DNA of 64,000 bases from Candidatus Latescibacterota bacterium (GTDB lineage: Bacteria; Latescibacterota; UBA2968). The notes beneath the pieces were generated by a model. That model was not told the DNA's origin. It made no database searches and was given only the letters and a program-made list of their open reading frames with translations. Each line of letters begins with the position of its first letter. The stretch's first letter is position 1. This document shows positions 10,644 through 20,884 of the stretch, one piece after another. Both the position numbers and the translations under genes were made by a program. The DNA lies in contig OZ240241.1 of assembly GCA_965198115.1 (NCBI GenBank), positions 7,968,001 to 8,032,000 of the forward strand, written 5' to 3'.

Positions 10644-11633
10644 ATGCTGGACATCACAGAGCGATTGCGGGGGGCTCCCCTTCTCGGTGACGGCGGCTAC
10701 CTCATCGAGCTCGAACGGCGAATGTACGTGCGGGGGGACTACTGGGTTCCTGAGGTCGTGCTGGACCATCCAGAAGCCGTCGCGCAGCTTCATCGTGAGT
10801 TCATCCGTGCTGGCTCGGAGATCATACAGGCGCTCACATTCTGGACGACACGCAACATTCTCGAAGGACAAGCTGATCGAGGGCACGAGACGGAACGAGC
10901 GAATCGAAACGCCGTGCGGATCGCAAAGGAGGCCGCCGAAGATCTCGCGCTCGTCGCCGGCACTCTTACTGCCACCACGCTGATGGGAACGCGTGATCGG
11001 TCGTCAGCTCCCCGAGGCTCTGAGGCCGACGCAAGGCTCGCACGCAGCCGAAAGGTCCTTGCCGAGCAGGCGCAATGGCTCGCTGAGGAAGGCGTGGATC
11101 TGATCATCGCCGAGACATTCGACCGTCTGGACGAGGCACTGGCGGCCGTATCTATTGCCAGGGCGCTCGATCTTCCCGTCGTGGCAACGATGAGCTGGAG
11201 AGAGATCGACGAGAAGTCGACGGACGGATTTTCTGCCGATACGTGTGCGATCAGATTGCGCGAGGCTGGCGCCGACGTCGTGGGGTTCAACTGCAGGCAG
11301 GAACCACAAAAGATCCTGAAAGTGCTCAAAGAGATGCGCGAGGTCGTCGATTGTCCGCTCGCTGCTCAGCCCTGGGGATTGACTTCGCTGGGCCGTCCGG
11401 GGGTGGAAATCAGCCCAGGTCTTCTCGCACAGAACGAAGTGGATCCGAATATCTCGGAGGGGATTCAGATCAGGCGGCAGGATTGGAAGGCATTCGCCAA
11501 CGAAGCCCGCCGGTTGGGCGTTTCCTACTTCGGCGCCTGCTGCGGCGCGGGGCCATCGGCCATTCGCGGAATGGCGGAGGCTCTGGGAAAACCTACGTGG
11601 CTGTCCGGCCGGACCCCTACCCAAGGAGGCTAA
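10644..11633 (+). CDS. Homocysteine S-methyltransferase family (BHMT-like)
   Basis: Motifs LGDGG..ELERR, LHREFIRAG, IAET, and Zn-binding GFNC and GACCG. Confidence 0.88.
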   Translation: MLDITERLRGAPLLGDGGYLIELERRMYVRGDYWVPEVVLDHPEAVAQLHREFIRAGSEIIQALTFWTTRNILEGQADRGHETERANRNAVRIAKEAAEDLALVAGTLTATTLMGTRDRSSAPRGSEADARLARSRKVLAEQAQWLAEEGVDLIIAETFDRLDEALAAVSIARALDLPVVATMSWREIDEKSTDGFSADTCAIRLREAGADVVGFNCRQEPQKILKVLKEMREVVDCPLAAQPWGLTSLGRPGVEISPGLLAQNEVDPNISEGIQIRRQDWKAFANEARRLGVSYFGACCGAGPSAIRGMAEALGKPTWLSGRTPTQGG

Positions 11634-11634
11634 T

Positions 11635-12579
11635 ATGACGCCAGATCAAATATTGTCTCACGAACCTGTGGTGCTGACCCAGCAACAACGTCAATTCTTC
11701 TTCGACAACGGCTACCTCCTCGTCGAGCGCATCGTCCCACAAGACTGCGTGGAGCGCCTGATCGACGTCACGAACGAAATGGTGGAGCGCAGCCGTTCTC
11801 TGACCAAATCGGACGCGGTGTTCGATCTGGAGCCCGGACACACGGAGGACGACCCACGTCTTCGTCGGTTGACCAGCCCCGTTGAACATCACTCGACCTA
11901 CTGGGAATTCGCCTCACAGTCGATCATTGCCGATGTGGCCTCCGATCTGGTGGGTCCGCACGTGAAATTTCATCACTCGAAACTGAACTTCAAATGGCAG
12001 TCTGGGGGAGAAGAGGTCAAGTGGCACCAGGACATTACCTACTGGCCGCACACCAACTACAGTCCCCTCACGATAGGCGTCTATCTTCACGATGTGGGCG
12101 AGGATCAGGGACCCCTCGGCGCGATCCCCGGCAGCCACAAGGGCGAACTCTTCAATCAATACAATGCCGAGAATCAGTGGGTCGGCTGTCTCAGCGACGA
12201 AGACGCCAAACGCATCGATTCTTCAGCGGCCGAGTATCTGACGGGTCCGGCCGGATCCATTACGATTCATCATTGTCGTCTCGTGCACGGCTCCCAGCCA
12301 AACCTCTCCGACAGGGGACGTCCGCTACTGCTGAACATCTATTCCTCAGCTGATGCATTCACGTATACGGCCAATCCGCTACCCAGTCGGTACGAAGGAA
12401 CGATCGTTCGAGGGCAGCCGGCGCGGTGGGCGCATCACGATGACCGCCCGTGTCTCGTTCCTCTGGATTGGTCGGGCGGTTATACATCGCTCTACGCATT
12501 ACAGCAGCAAGAGGAGTGGGACGCCGATCAGATCGAGAAGGTAGCCGAACAGACGGCGCAGATTCGACAGGAGGAATGA
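11635..12579 (+). CDS. Phytanoyl-CoA dioxygenase (PhyH/EctD-like) family protein
   Basis: Motifs FFDNGY, HHSKLNFK, WHQD, PGSH, HGS. Confidence 0.9.
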   Translation: MTPDQILSHEPVVLTQQQRQFFFDNGYLLVERIVPQDCVERLIDVTNEMVERSRSLTKSDAVFDLEPGHTEDDPRLRRLTSPVEHHSTYWEFASQSIIADVASDLVGPHVKFHHSKLNFKWQSGGEEVKWHQDITYWPHTNYSPLTIGVYLHDVGEDQGPLGAIPGSHKGELFNQYNAENQWVGCLSDEDAKRIDSSAAEYLTGPAGSITIHHCRLVHGSQPNLSDRGRPLLLNIYSSADAFTYTANPLPSRYEGTIVRGQPARWAHHDDRPCLVPLDWSGGYTSLYALQQQEEWDADQIEKVAEQTAQIRQEE

Positions 12580-13390
12580 ACGCGGAGATGGATCTGACGG
12601 TGTTGCGACCGGATCAGCGTGAGTTCTTCGATGAGAACGGATACCTCGTCGTGCCCGATGTGCTGTCGCCAGAGGAAGTCGCACGATTGACGGCCGTCTG
12701 TGACCCGATGGTCGACGAATGGCGCAAGGACGATGCCTGTTACGTCCAGCGACGGCCAGGGATTGTAGAGGAGAAAACCTTTCATCCCCTTCTGGCGCAC
12801 TCGGATACGGTCCCCCTCGTCGTACAACTGCTCTCACCGAACATCCATCTTCACACGGCCGCCATCATCTACAAGTTCCCAGAACCCAACAGTGAGAGTG
12901 CGTCAAGGGGATGGCACCGCGACATTGGCATGACGGAAGACCTGGGCCACAATCGAGTCTTTCGCGCCGGCGTCAAGGTCGACTACTGCCTGACCGATTT
13001 TCCCGAGCCACAATGCGGTTTCACGATGTTCGCCCCCGGATCGCATCTGATGTCGACACCTCTGCCCATCCCTCGGGACACGATCGATCCCGAACGCACC
13101 GTCGATCTCTGTCTCAACGCCGGCGACGTCTTCCTGTTCGAGAACCGCATCTTCCACACCGCGGCTCCGAACTTGAGCAAACGAACCTCGAAGGTCCTCA
13201 TCTTCGGTTACAGCTATCGATGGATGGGCGGCCGAGGCGACCTGATGGCCTTGGTCCAGCCGGGCGACGATCCGGCCAGGTCGACGATATCCGGAAGCAG
13301 TTGCTCGGTGGCGCCAGCGACGCTTTGGTCGAGTGGGCCAGCGAAAACGGGCTCGATCCTCATCCTTTCGAATGGACCGTGCAGGTGTAA
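12576..13390 (+). CDS. PhyH family dioxygenase; apparent frameshift near 13280
   Basis: Motifs FFDENGYL, WHRD, PGSH, IFHTAAPN. The C-terminus DDIRKQLLG lies in another frame. Confidence 0.8.
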
Positions 13391-13471
13391 GACTATTCCT
13401 GACTTTCCTCCTTGCTCACCCAACTAAGATGATCCTTCCCAGATATAGAAGTTGAATGAGGGCGCCAACGC

Positions 13472-14584
13472 GTGGAAATCACAAAGGTCGAAATCCGAAC
13501 AGTCGCCCCGCCGGTCGATCGCTTTACCTGGTCTGACGATCTACCGGATCAGTACGCCACCAACACCGTTGTCCGAGTCTACACGGATGAAGGCGTCGAG
13601 GGGGTGGCAGGTGTCTGGAATGCGACATCGTTCGACTTCGAGCGCTACACCGCCGAATCGATCCGCCATCTGGCGCCCATCCTCCTGGGAAAGGATCCAC
13701 TGCTTCGGGAGTCCGTCTGGCACGACATCCGACCGCGCGTCTTCCCGATCCCGCCTCAATCTCTTGCCGCCATCGACATTGCCTTGTGGGACCTCGCAGG
13801 CAGAGTCGCCGGACTTCCGATCTACCAAATGTTGGGTGGGGCGAGAGAGCGCATGCCGTCCTACGCCAGCACCCCACTCTTCGAGGATGTCGTTTCCTAC
13901 CTGAAGCACGCTGAGGAGTTGATCGCTCAGGGCTACAAGGCCATCAAGTTCCACACCTGGTGCATTCCCGAGCTGGATCTCGAACTCGCCCGAGCCGTCA
14001 GGAAGACTTACCCCGGGGACGACGTCGCCTTCATGCTCGATGCGGAAAACAACTACGACCGCGACAGCGCCCTCCGGGTCGCCCAGGAGCTCGAAGCGAT
14101 GGGCTTCACCTGGTTCGAAGCGCCCCTGCACGACTCCGATCTCGAAGGCTATCGAGCGCTGACGAATCGAGTCAAGATCCCCATCATCCCGTCCGGCAAC
14201 TGGATCCAGGACCTCCAAACCTTCGCCACCGCCATTCGATCGAACGCGTGGGGACGCGCCCGAACGGACGTGGCTATGATGGGCGGCATCACGCAGACCA
14301 ACAAAGCAGTCGCCCTCGCCGAGGCAGCCGGCATGAAGTGTGAAATCATGTCCTGGGGTTACAGCCTCGTATCGGCGGCCAACCTTCACCTTATGCTCGC
14401 CCACGACAACTGCTCCTACTTCGAGCAGTCGGTTCCCTACGAACCCTATGAGTACGGGATGAAGGACGTGATTCGCACAAAACCCGACGGATACGTCGAT
14501 GCCCCGTCAGGTCCGGGTCTTGGTCTCGAAGTGGACTGGGAGGCTATGGAGGCGGCCACGATTCACACGATCGATGTCGAGTGA
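13472..14584 (+). CDS. Mandelate racemase/muconate lactonizing (enolase superfamily) enzyme
   Basis: Motifs AAIDIALWDL, YAS, KFH, MLD, WFEAP, GPGLG. Confidence 0.9.
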   Translation: MEITKVEIRTVAPPVDRFTWSDDLPDQYATNTVVRVYTDEGVEGVAGVWNATSFDFERYTAESIRHLAPILLGKDPLLRESVWHDIRPRVFPIPPQSLAAIDIALWDLAGRVAGLPIYQMLGGARERMPSYASTPLFEDVVSYLKHAEELIAQGYKAIKFHTWCIPELDLELARAVRKTYPGDDVAFMLDAENNYDRDSALRVAQELEAMGFTWFEAPLHDSDLEGYRALTNRVKIPIIPSGNWIQDLQTFATAIRSNAWGRARTDVAMMGGITQTNKAVALAEAAGMKCEIMSWGYSLVSAANLHLMLAHDNCSYFEQSVPYEPYEYGMKDVIRTKPDGYVDAPSGPGLGLEVDWEAMEAATIHTIDVE

Positions 14585-14629
14585 ACCCACATCAGGGAGA
14601 TTGGTTCCATACGGTACAGGAGGTACACG

Positions 14630-15094
14630 ATGATACGACGGATGATTCAGCTTGCTTTGTGTATGGGGGGCCTCGCCCTCACAACTACGGCCGGCGCGGC
14701 CGATGTCGACGACGTGAAATCCGCGACTGAGGGCTGGTTGACGGATGCCAATACGCAGAATGTCGCGAGTTTTGTCGCTCGCTATCATCCGGAAGAAACC
14801 TCGTACGGCGGTTTCGGTGAGCTGCTCTCCGATGGTGCACATACTATGGAGGCCATGACGGGCTTCTACGAGGCGGGCTTCAGGACCGATCTGCAATGGC
14901 GACACCTGGATGCAAAAGTGATTGGGAATACGGGCATCGCCACTGGCTACCTGACCGGGGCCGTGACGATGCCCGGAGAGAAAAAACCCGTGAAGGACAC
15001 GTGGCGAACGTCCGTCGTGTGGGTTCGGGATGGTGAGGCCTGGAAGATCGTCCACTTCCACGCTTCCGAGCTCCTTCCTGAAGAGGACGATTGA
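14630..15094 (+). CDS. Secreted NTF2/SnoaL-like (DUF4440-type) protein
   Basis: Signal peptide; C-terminal WVRDGEAWKIVHFHAS. Confidence 0.75.
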   Translation: MIRRMIQLALCMGGLALTTTAGAADVDDVKSATEGWLTDANTQNVASFVARYHPEETSYGGFGELLSDGAHTMEAMTGFYEAGFRTDLQWRHLDAKVIGNTGIATGYLTGAVTMPGEKKPVKDTWRTSVVWVRDGEAWKIVHFHASELLPEEDD

Positions 15095-15122
15095 ACAAGC
15101 AACACCCCGAGATTAGACACCA

Positions 15123-15650
15123 ATGCGCAAGGTTCTGGTCATCGGCAGCGCCGGTTCAGGCAAGACGGTGTTGGCGATCAAACTGGGAGCAGTGACGGGT
15201 TTGCCTGTCATCCATCTTGATGCGCTCCATTGGAAGCCTGGATGGATAGGGATGCCTCACGATGCTTGGGGGCGAATCGTCGCAGAAGCTGTACAAAGAG
15301 ACTGCTGGATCATGGATGGAAACTATGGCGGGACGATGAATGAAAGGCTGGAAGCGTGCGATACCGTCGTCTTCCTTGCCTTCCCGCGTCTACTGTGTGT
15401 CTATCGCGTCTTCAAGCGCTACGTGATGTATCGCGGGAAGACACGGCCCGATCTGCACCCGGGCTGTCCGGAGATGCTTCCAGACAGAGAATTCTTGAGC
15501 TGGATCTGGACCTATCCCAAGGAGCGAATGCCCAAGATCCTCCAAAGGCTGAAGTCCTATGAAGGCGCGAAGGAAGTGGTTATCCTGAGATCGCCACGAG
15601 CGGTCGAGGACTTTCTGTCAGATATAAGAAGACGGTTCGTGAGCACCTAG
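15123..15650 (+). CDS. P-loop kinase, topology modulation protein FlaR-like
   Basis: Motifs GSAGSGKT, HLDALHW, WIMDGNY. Confidence 0.85.
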   Translation: MRKVLVIGSAGSGKTVLAIKLGAVTGLPVIHLDALHWKPGWIGMPHDAWGRIVAEAVQRDCWIMDGNYGGTMNERLEACDTVVFLAFPRLLCVYRVFKRYVMYRGKTRPDLHPGCPEMLPDREFLSWIWTYPKERMPKILQRLKSYEGAKEVVILRSPRAVEDFLSDIRRRFVST

Positions 15651-15703
15651 CATACTGAATACCTACCGAGGAAAGATCATCACATCACGCGGGAGAGTGG
15701 ACC

Positions 15704-16540
15704 ATGACCGAAGAAGAAATCTACCTATTCGATACGCTGGGTTACCTCAGAGTTGAAAACGTCCTCGATCAGGATACGCTTGCTCAGGCGTTGGAGAGTG
15801 CTAAGAAAATCGAGCGAGACCACGAGCACCTTATCGCCGGGAAGAAGGGTGGCAGCTACGGCGATAAGTACAGGAAGGTTTTCCTATACGACAAGGTGGT
15901 GGAAAGGATCTCGTATTCACCTGAGCTGATGGATTACGTCTGCCACGTGACGAACAACCAGCCGCGGCTTATGGATGTTACGATGATGATTCAGAACGCC
16001 GATCACGGCTTTCATAACTTCCATCTGCGTAAGGACATCGAAAGTGAGATCCGGGAAGACGCGCCGCGATTCTATACCGACGTGGTCAATCGGCAGATCT
16101 ACCTGGACTATGTCACGTGCTTCGTCTACCTGACCGACGTGTATCCGGGAGACGGCGGTTTGCTGGTGGTGCCCGGATCCCATCGGGCGAGCTTCAAGTA
16201 TCCGCCTGAGTTGTTCTACGAGAAAGATGCATTCCCGGTCGATCCCGAGGAGCGTCAGAAGCTGGGATTCATCAACGTTACCGCAAATGCCGGCGACATG
16301 ATCATCTTGCCGTTGCGACTCAATCACGCTGCCCTCCCGTGGCTTCCGAGAGACCGCGACCGTGTCCTGTTGTTCTACACCTACCGGCCGCAGTTTTATT
16401 TCGCCGCAAATGCCGATCAGCTGATTGAAGACGCCCGGGCTGAGGGGATCGAGCTGGACGAGGAAACGAAGGATCTTGTTGCCATGCGGGAGAAGGCCGA
16501 GATCAAGGACGTTGTCAAGAAGCACCTTGCCAGCCGTTAA
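15704..16540 (+). CDS. PhyH family dioxygenase with atypical metal motif
   Basis: Motifs YLFDTLGYL, YLTDVYPGDGGLLVVPGSH, HAALPW. Confidence 0.8.
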   Translation: MTEEEIYLFDTLGYLRVENVLDQDTLAQALESAKKIERDHEHLIAGKKGGSYGDKYRKVFLYDKVVERISYSPELMDYVCHVTNNQPRLMDVTMMIQNADHGFHNFHLRKDIESEIREDAPRFYTDVVNRQIYLDYVTCFVYLTDVYPGDGGLLVVPGSHRASFKYPPELFYEKDAFPVDPEERQKLGFINVTANAGDMIILPLRLNHAALPWLPRDRDRVLLFYTYRPQFYFAANADQLIEDARAEGIELDEETKDLVAMREKAEIKDVVKKHLASR

Positions 16541-16620
16541 TCGTGAGTCATGATGAACGGATCAGATTCCCTGCATGATTTCAACGACTGTGCGCCGAAG
16601 GGTCACCAGGTCATATTTGT

Positions 16621-18041
16621 GGCTATATCCGGATCTCTCAACGAGATGAAGTGGGTGAAGGTGCCGTGGTTCCTGGCATGGGGGCGCGGTTAGAGTGTGC
16701 GGAACCTCTTCGGAATCTGCTCAGGGATGTTTATGTCTCCGACGGTAAGGAAGATCATATCGTTGAATGCGTCGAGTGTGCGGAATCCGCTGGCTCGGTT
16801 CTTGACGATTTGGACGATTCGGTTGAGGCCTTCGGCGATGGCGTTGGTAAGACGCGTGTTCACGAATGCGAGGACGCCGAAGAAGTGCTGTCGCAGGGTC
16901 CTGACGAACTTTCGCAGGGGTTCAAGTCGACTTCTGAGTGCGGACGTCGTCCAGCATTTCAGGAAGCGTTCGGCAGCCCAGGGCGCTTTGTATTCCCAGA
17001 ACTGCTCGAACTCGTCCTTGAGTCTCCAGGCTCTATAGATTCGGTAGTTCGCCTTCTCCAGTGCTTTGAGTGTCCGAGTATCCCCTCTGGAGCGTGTCGC
17101 TGAGTGCCGGTAGAGGAGCCATCGGAGGCCCTTCATGGCTTTGCGCTCATCCGGGGCAGCTTTACGCCACTGGTCCTTACGGACCTCGTCAACGGCGGCA
17201 TTGAGAGCCTTGACGATGTGAAAGCGATCGAGGACCAGCTTGGCATTCGGACAGTGTTCCTGGATGGCTCCGATGTAAGCTTCGCTCATGTCGCAGCAGG
17301 CCCCACTCGATCTTGGATCTCCGGTAGGGACTGAGAGCCTCTGTGAAGAACCGATCGATCGTTTTACGCGCCCTGCCGCGGCCAACCCACACCACGCAGG
17401 AGCGGTCCAGATCGTAAACGAGCGTGGCGTACCTGTGACGCTTGGCGTAGGAGATCTCGTCGATCCCGATGGTTTTGAGCCCTCGGATACGATGACCTTC
17501 ACGAAGCCGCGTGATGGATCGGTGAAGGAGATCCGACAGCGTCGAGGCAGAGATGCGCAGCAACTCGGACGCCGCCTTCTGCGTCATGGTCTGGCAGTAG
17601 CGCAGCATGGCATACTCGAAGCGATACGTCACCCGAGAGAACCGCTCCGCCCACGGAATCTCCTCGACCACACGACCGTGGGTAGGACACCGAATCTCCC
17701 GAGGATGGTAGAGAAGCCAGACCCTCCACCCGCACACCGGAATGTCACGCCACCGACGCGGATGGGGCATTGTGCGGACGATTTTACCTCGACGGCCGCA
17801 TTCCGGACAACAACAACCATTCTTATGGGGCTTTACGGCGATGACGAAACAGCTTCTCCCCTCAAACCACCAGCTGACAACACGGAACCCCTTGAATCTC
17901 AGCAGTTTCGATAGTAATCTGCTCCCGGTCATAGGTCGCACCCCCTTCGCTTTGATTGTCCTACACACACAACCAAGCGTAGGGAACGATCTATGACCTT
18001 GTCATTCTATAGTTTCACCGTTGAGAAACCCGGATAGAGCC
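16621..18041 (-). mobile_element. ISL3-family IS (copy 1), 8-bp duplication ATATTTGT; transposase 16690..17968 frameshifted near 17300
   Basis: IRs GGCTATATCCGGATCTCTCAACG and GGCTCTATCCGGGTTTCTCAACG. Direct repeats at 16613-16620 and 18042-18049. Zn finger CPECG, IGIDE, DRFHI, EGLN. Confidence 0.92.
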
Positions 18042-18049
18042 ATATTTGT

Positions 18050-18153
18050 TTGGTGCGACAGCGGCGCCCCTTTCGTCGTGGTTCTGACCTCTGGGGCTTG
18101 TCCGGCTTCGCCGGGCGTGCGCCCCGGGCTAATATCGAACGCCCCTTAGGGGC
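18050..18153. repeat. Right part of a REP-like composite repeat split by ISL3 (left part 16589-16620)
   Basis: Rejoined sequence matches 25947-26065: TGTGCGCCGA...CGACRGCGGCGC...CCTTTCGTC...CGCCCCGGGCTAA...GCCC..GGGC. Confidence 0.65.
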
Positions 18154-18161
18154 TCAAGGCG

Positions 18162-18962
18162 TTGAAAACTCACGTCGACCTATCACAAGTATCCGAAGGT
18201 ATCCGCGAGCGGTACCGAGGTGCGCGGCCAGGTCCGCGAGAAGTCTACGTCGAAGGTGAATTCGGGATTTCGTCACGACATTTGAATGATCCATCGCTCG
18301 ATAGTCTACTGGTGAAGCAGCTCACTAGAGACACGGTGCCAGACCTGCTGGAGGACGCCCAAGAGCATTTCGGAGTCAAGTCCATCAGGATCTACGTTGA
18401 CGACCGCGAATTGGAAGTCGAGCTGAAACCCGCACTCCAAGCCGCGGGATGCCAGCACAGCTGTGACATGGTCTACCTGTCACACACTGGCGAACCGCCG
18501 ACATTCGAGCCAGTTCCCGACTTGAACGTCGAACCCGTGACGCGGGATACTGTTCGGGATTACGAAATTGTAAGAGCCAAGGCATTCGTCGATTCTGAGG
18601 AACAGCCCGAAGAATCCGAAGTAGCGGCAAATGCTGATGCATTTCTGGCCGATCTTAGCGGAAGCTGCCAGCTGTGGATCGGCCGGATCCGCAATGAAGC
18701 CGCTGCAATCGCTGGATGGTACGAAGGCAGTGATCGTCTCGTGTTCCATCTCGCCACACGTGTCCCGTTCAGGAATCGTGGGATTGCCAGGCATCTTCTT
18801 TCATACCTGGTTCACGAGACATACGGGCAGAATCGCCGATCGATCATGATCTTTACAGATCCTGAAGATTCCCCGATTCAGTTCTACCGACGGCTGGGAT
18901 TTACCCAGGAAGTCTACTGGCAGGCTCGGTACCTTTACGAACCTGCCACTCAAGAGTCATAG
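18162..18962 (+). CDS. GNAT family N-acetyltransferase
   Basis: Motifs FRNRGIA and FYRRLGF. Confidence 0.8.
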   Translation: MKTHVDLSQVSEGIRERYRGARPGPREVYVEGEFGISSRHLNDPSLDSLLVKQLTRDTVPDLLEDAQEHFGVKSIRIYVDDRELEVELKPALQAAGCQHSCDMVYLSHTGEPPTFEPVPDLNVEPVTRDTVRDYEIVRAKAFVDSEEQPEESEVAANADAFLADLSGSCQLWIGRIRNEAAAIAGWYEGSDRLVFHLATRVPFRNRGIARHLLSYLVHETYGQNRRSIMIFTDPEDSPIQFYRRLGFTQEVYWQARYLYEPATQES

Positions 18963-18994
18963 CGCTTGCTCTCAACCTGCTTCGAGAGACCCAC

Positions 18995-20880
18995 ATGACC
19001 AACACCCAGACCGACGCGCCGTGGAAGCCACTCCGACTGAAAGCCGGCATCATCATCGTCGCACTCCAGTGGCTGATCAGATTCGTCATCCCCTTCTTCG
19101 TCTGGGAGTTCACACCGTTCGGGGCGATGGGAGGCATGCTGGGCTGGTTGGCGCTGGTGGGCGTTTTTCAGTCGTGCACCGGGCTTCGAGCGATGGAGCG
19201 CACCTGTCCTCATTGATCGTGGCGCTCGCAGCCACGTGGCTCGTGCTCGACGATTCGATCGCGACGGCCATGAAAGGGATCATCTTCGTCTTCTATGCCA
19301 CGCCTTTCCTGAGTCTCGCTTTCGTGATCTGGGCCGTCGCCGGCCGTGGCCTCGCTGATCGTCCCAGACGCGCCACAATGGCTGCGACGATCTTTCTCGT
19401 GTGCGGCGCGTGGTCGCTCCTTCGACTCGATAGTATGGTTATCAGCGAAGGTGCGAAGTTCGCGTGGAGGTGGACTGAGACGTCCGAAGAGAGATTCCTG
19501 GCTCAGGCGGCCGACGACCGGAAAGCGCGACAGCCCACTTCAGGAGAGAAAGCATCGGGGCCCATCTGGTCGGGCTTCAGAGGTCCCGATCGCAACAGCG
19601 TTATCCGCAACGTAACATATCGAGACCGACTGGACGACCTCACCACCCGTGGAGCTCTGGAGACGCACCATCGGGCCGGGCTGGTCGTCCTTCGCCGTTA
19701 ACGGAGACCTGCTCTACACGCAGGAACAGCACGGCGAGGACGAGGTCGTGGTTTGCTACAACCTGGTCACGGGCGAACCTGTCTGGCAGCATCGCGACAG
19801 GACTCGATTCTGGGAAGCGATTGGCGGGCCCGGGCCGCGTGCAACGCCAACCCTTCATGACGGGCGCGTCTACACCTTCGGCGCGACCGGAATCCTGAAT
19901 GTCTTCGGAGCCGACGACGGCAGCGTCGTATGGTCGCGCAACGTGGCGACCGACACCGGCACGGAGGTCTCATACTGGGGTTTTTCGAGCTCGCCCCTGG
20001 TGGTCGACGACGCACGTCAGGCCCTTGTCGTTGATCCACGAAAACACTGTTCCGGTTTGAACAGCCGGTAAATTTCCGCCGTGCCCGCCGTCCGCTCCGC
20101 TTGGGCGACAGCAATGGCAAGACGGTTACAACGTTCTACGTGGACAGGTTCCACATCGACGGGCGTCCTGAAGCAGACGCCGTCATCATTGTAGCTGCCG
20201 CGACGCCCGCCGCCTACGACCTCGACACAGGCACTCCTCGATGGTCAGGTCCGAAGGGCGGCGAAGGCTACAGCTCACCTCACCGATCGACCATCGACGG
20301 AGTCGCGCAGATTCTCCTGATGGGCGCCGACGGGGTGAACAGTTTCGCTCCCGCCGACGGCGCACTACTCTGGGACTACGCGTGGTCCGGTACCGGAATC
20401 GTCCAGCCGGCCCTGGTCGACGGGGACATCCTGATCGGCAGCTAGTCTCAATCAAGTCGCATCTCGGTCACAAAAGAGCCGGATGGGTGGAACATCGAGG
20501 AGCGATGGACATCCAGCGGGCTCAGACCCTACTTCAATGACTTCGTCGTCCACGAAGGCTACGCCTACGGCTTCGATGGCCGACTACTCGCCTGCATCGA
20601 TATCGAAGACGGAAAGCGAAAATGGAAGGGGGGACGATACGGCGGTGGCCAGCTCGTTCTCCTGGCCGATCAAGACGTGCTACTCGTGTTGTCGGAGCAG
20701 GGCGAACTCGCGCTGGTCGGCGCCAACCCGGGCGGGTTCGCGGAGCTCACGCGGTTCCCCGCGATCGAAGGCAGAACATGGAACCACCCCGTCTTGGTCG
20801 GCGACGTCCTGCTCGTCCGCAACAGCGAGGAGATGGCGGCGTTCCGGCTCCCCCTCGCGAGCCTAGACACCGAAGCGTGA
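18995..20880 (+). pseudogene. Membrane-anchored PQQ-like beta-propeller (BamB-like) protein, disrupted
   Basis: Motifs WSGFRGPDR, GPGWSSF, GPRATPT, SSPLV, GYSSP, WNHPVL. Frameshifts at ~19170 and ~19615, an insertion at 20014-20175 and an in-frame TAG at 20443. Confidence 0.85.
20014..20175. mobile_element. 162-bp MITE-like insertion with 5-bp duplication GACGC
   Basis: GACGC at 20009-20013 and 20176-20180. Removal restores [15 protein letters not shown]. Imperfect terminal IRs. Confidence 0.7.
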
Positions 20881-20884
20881 AACT

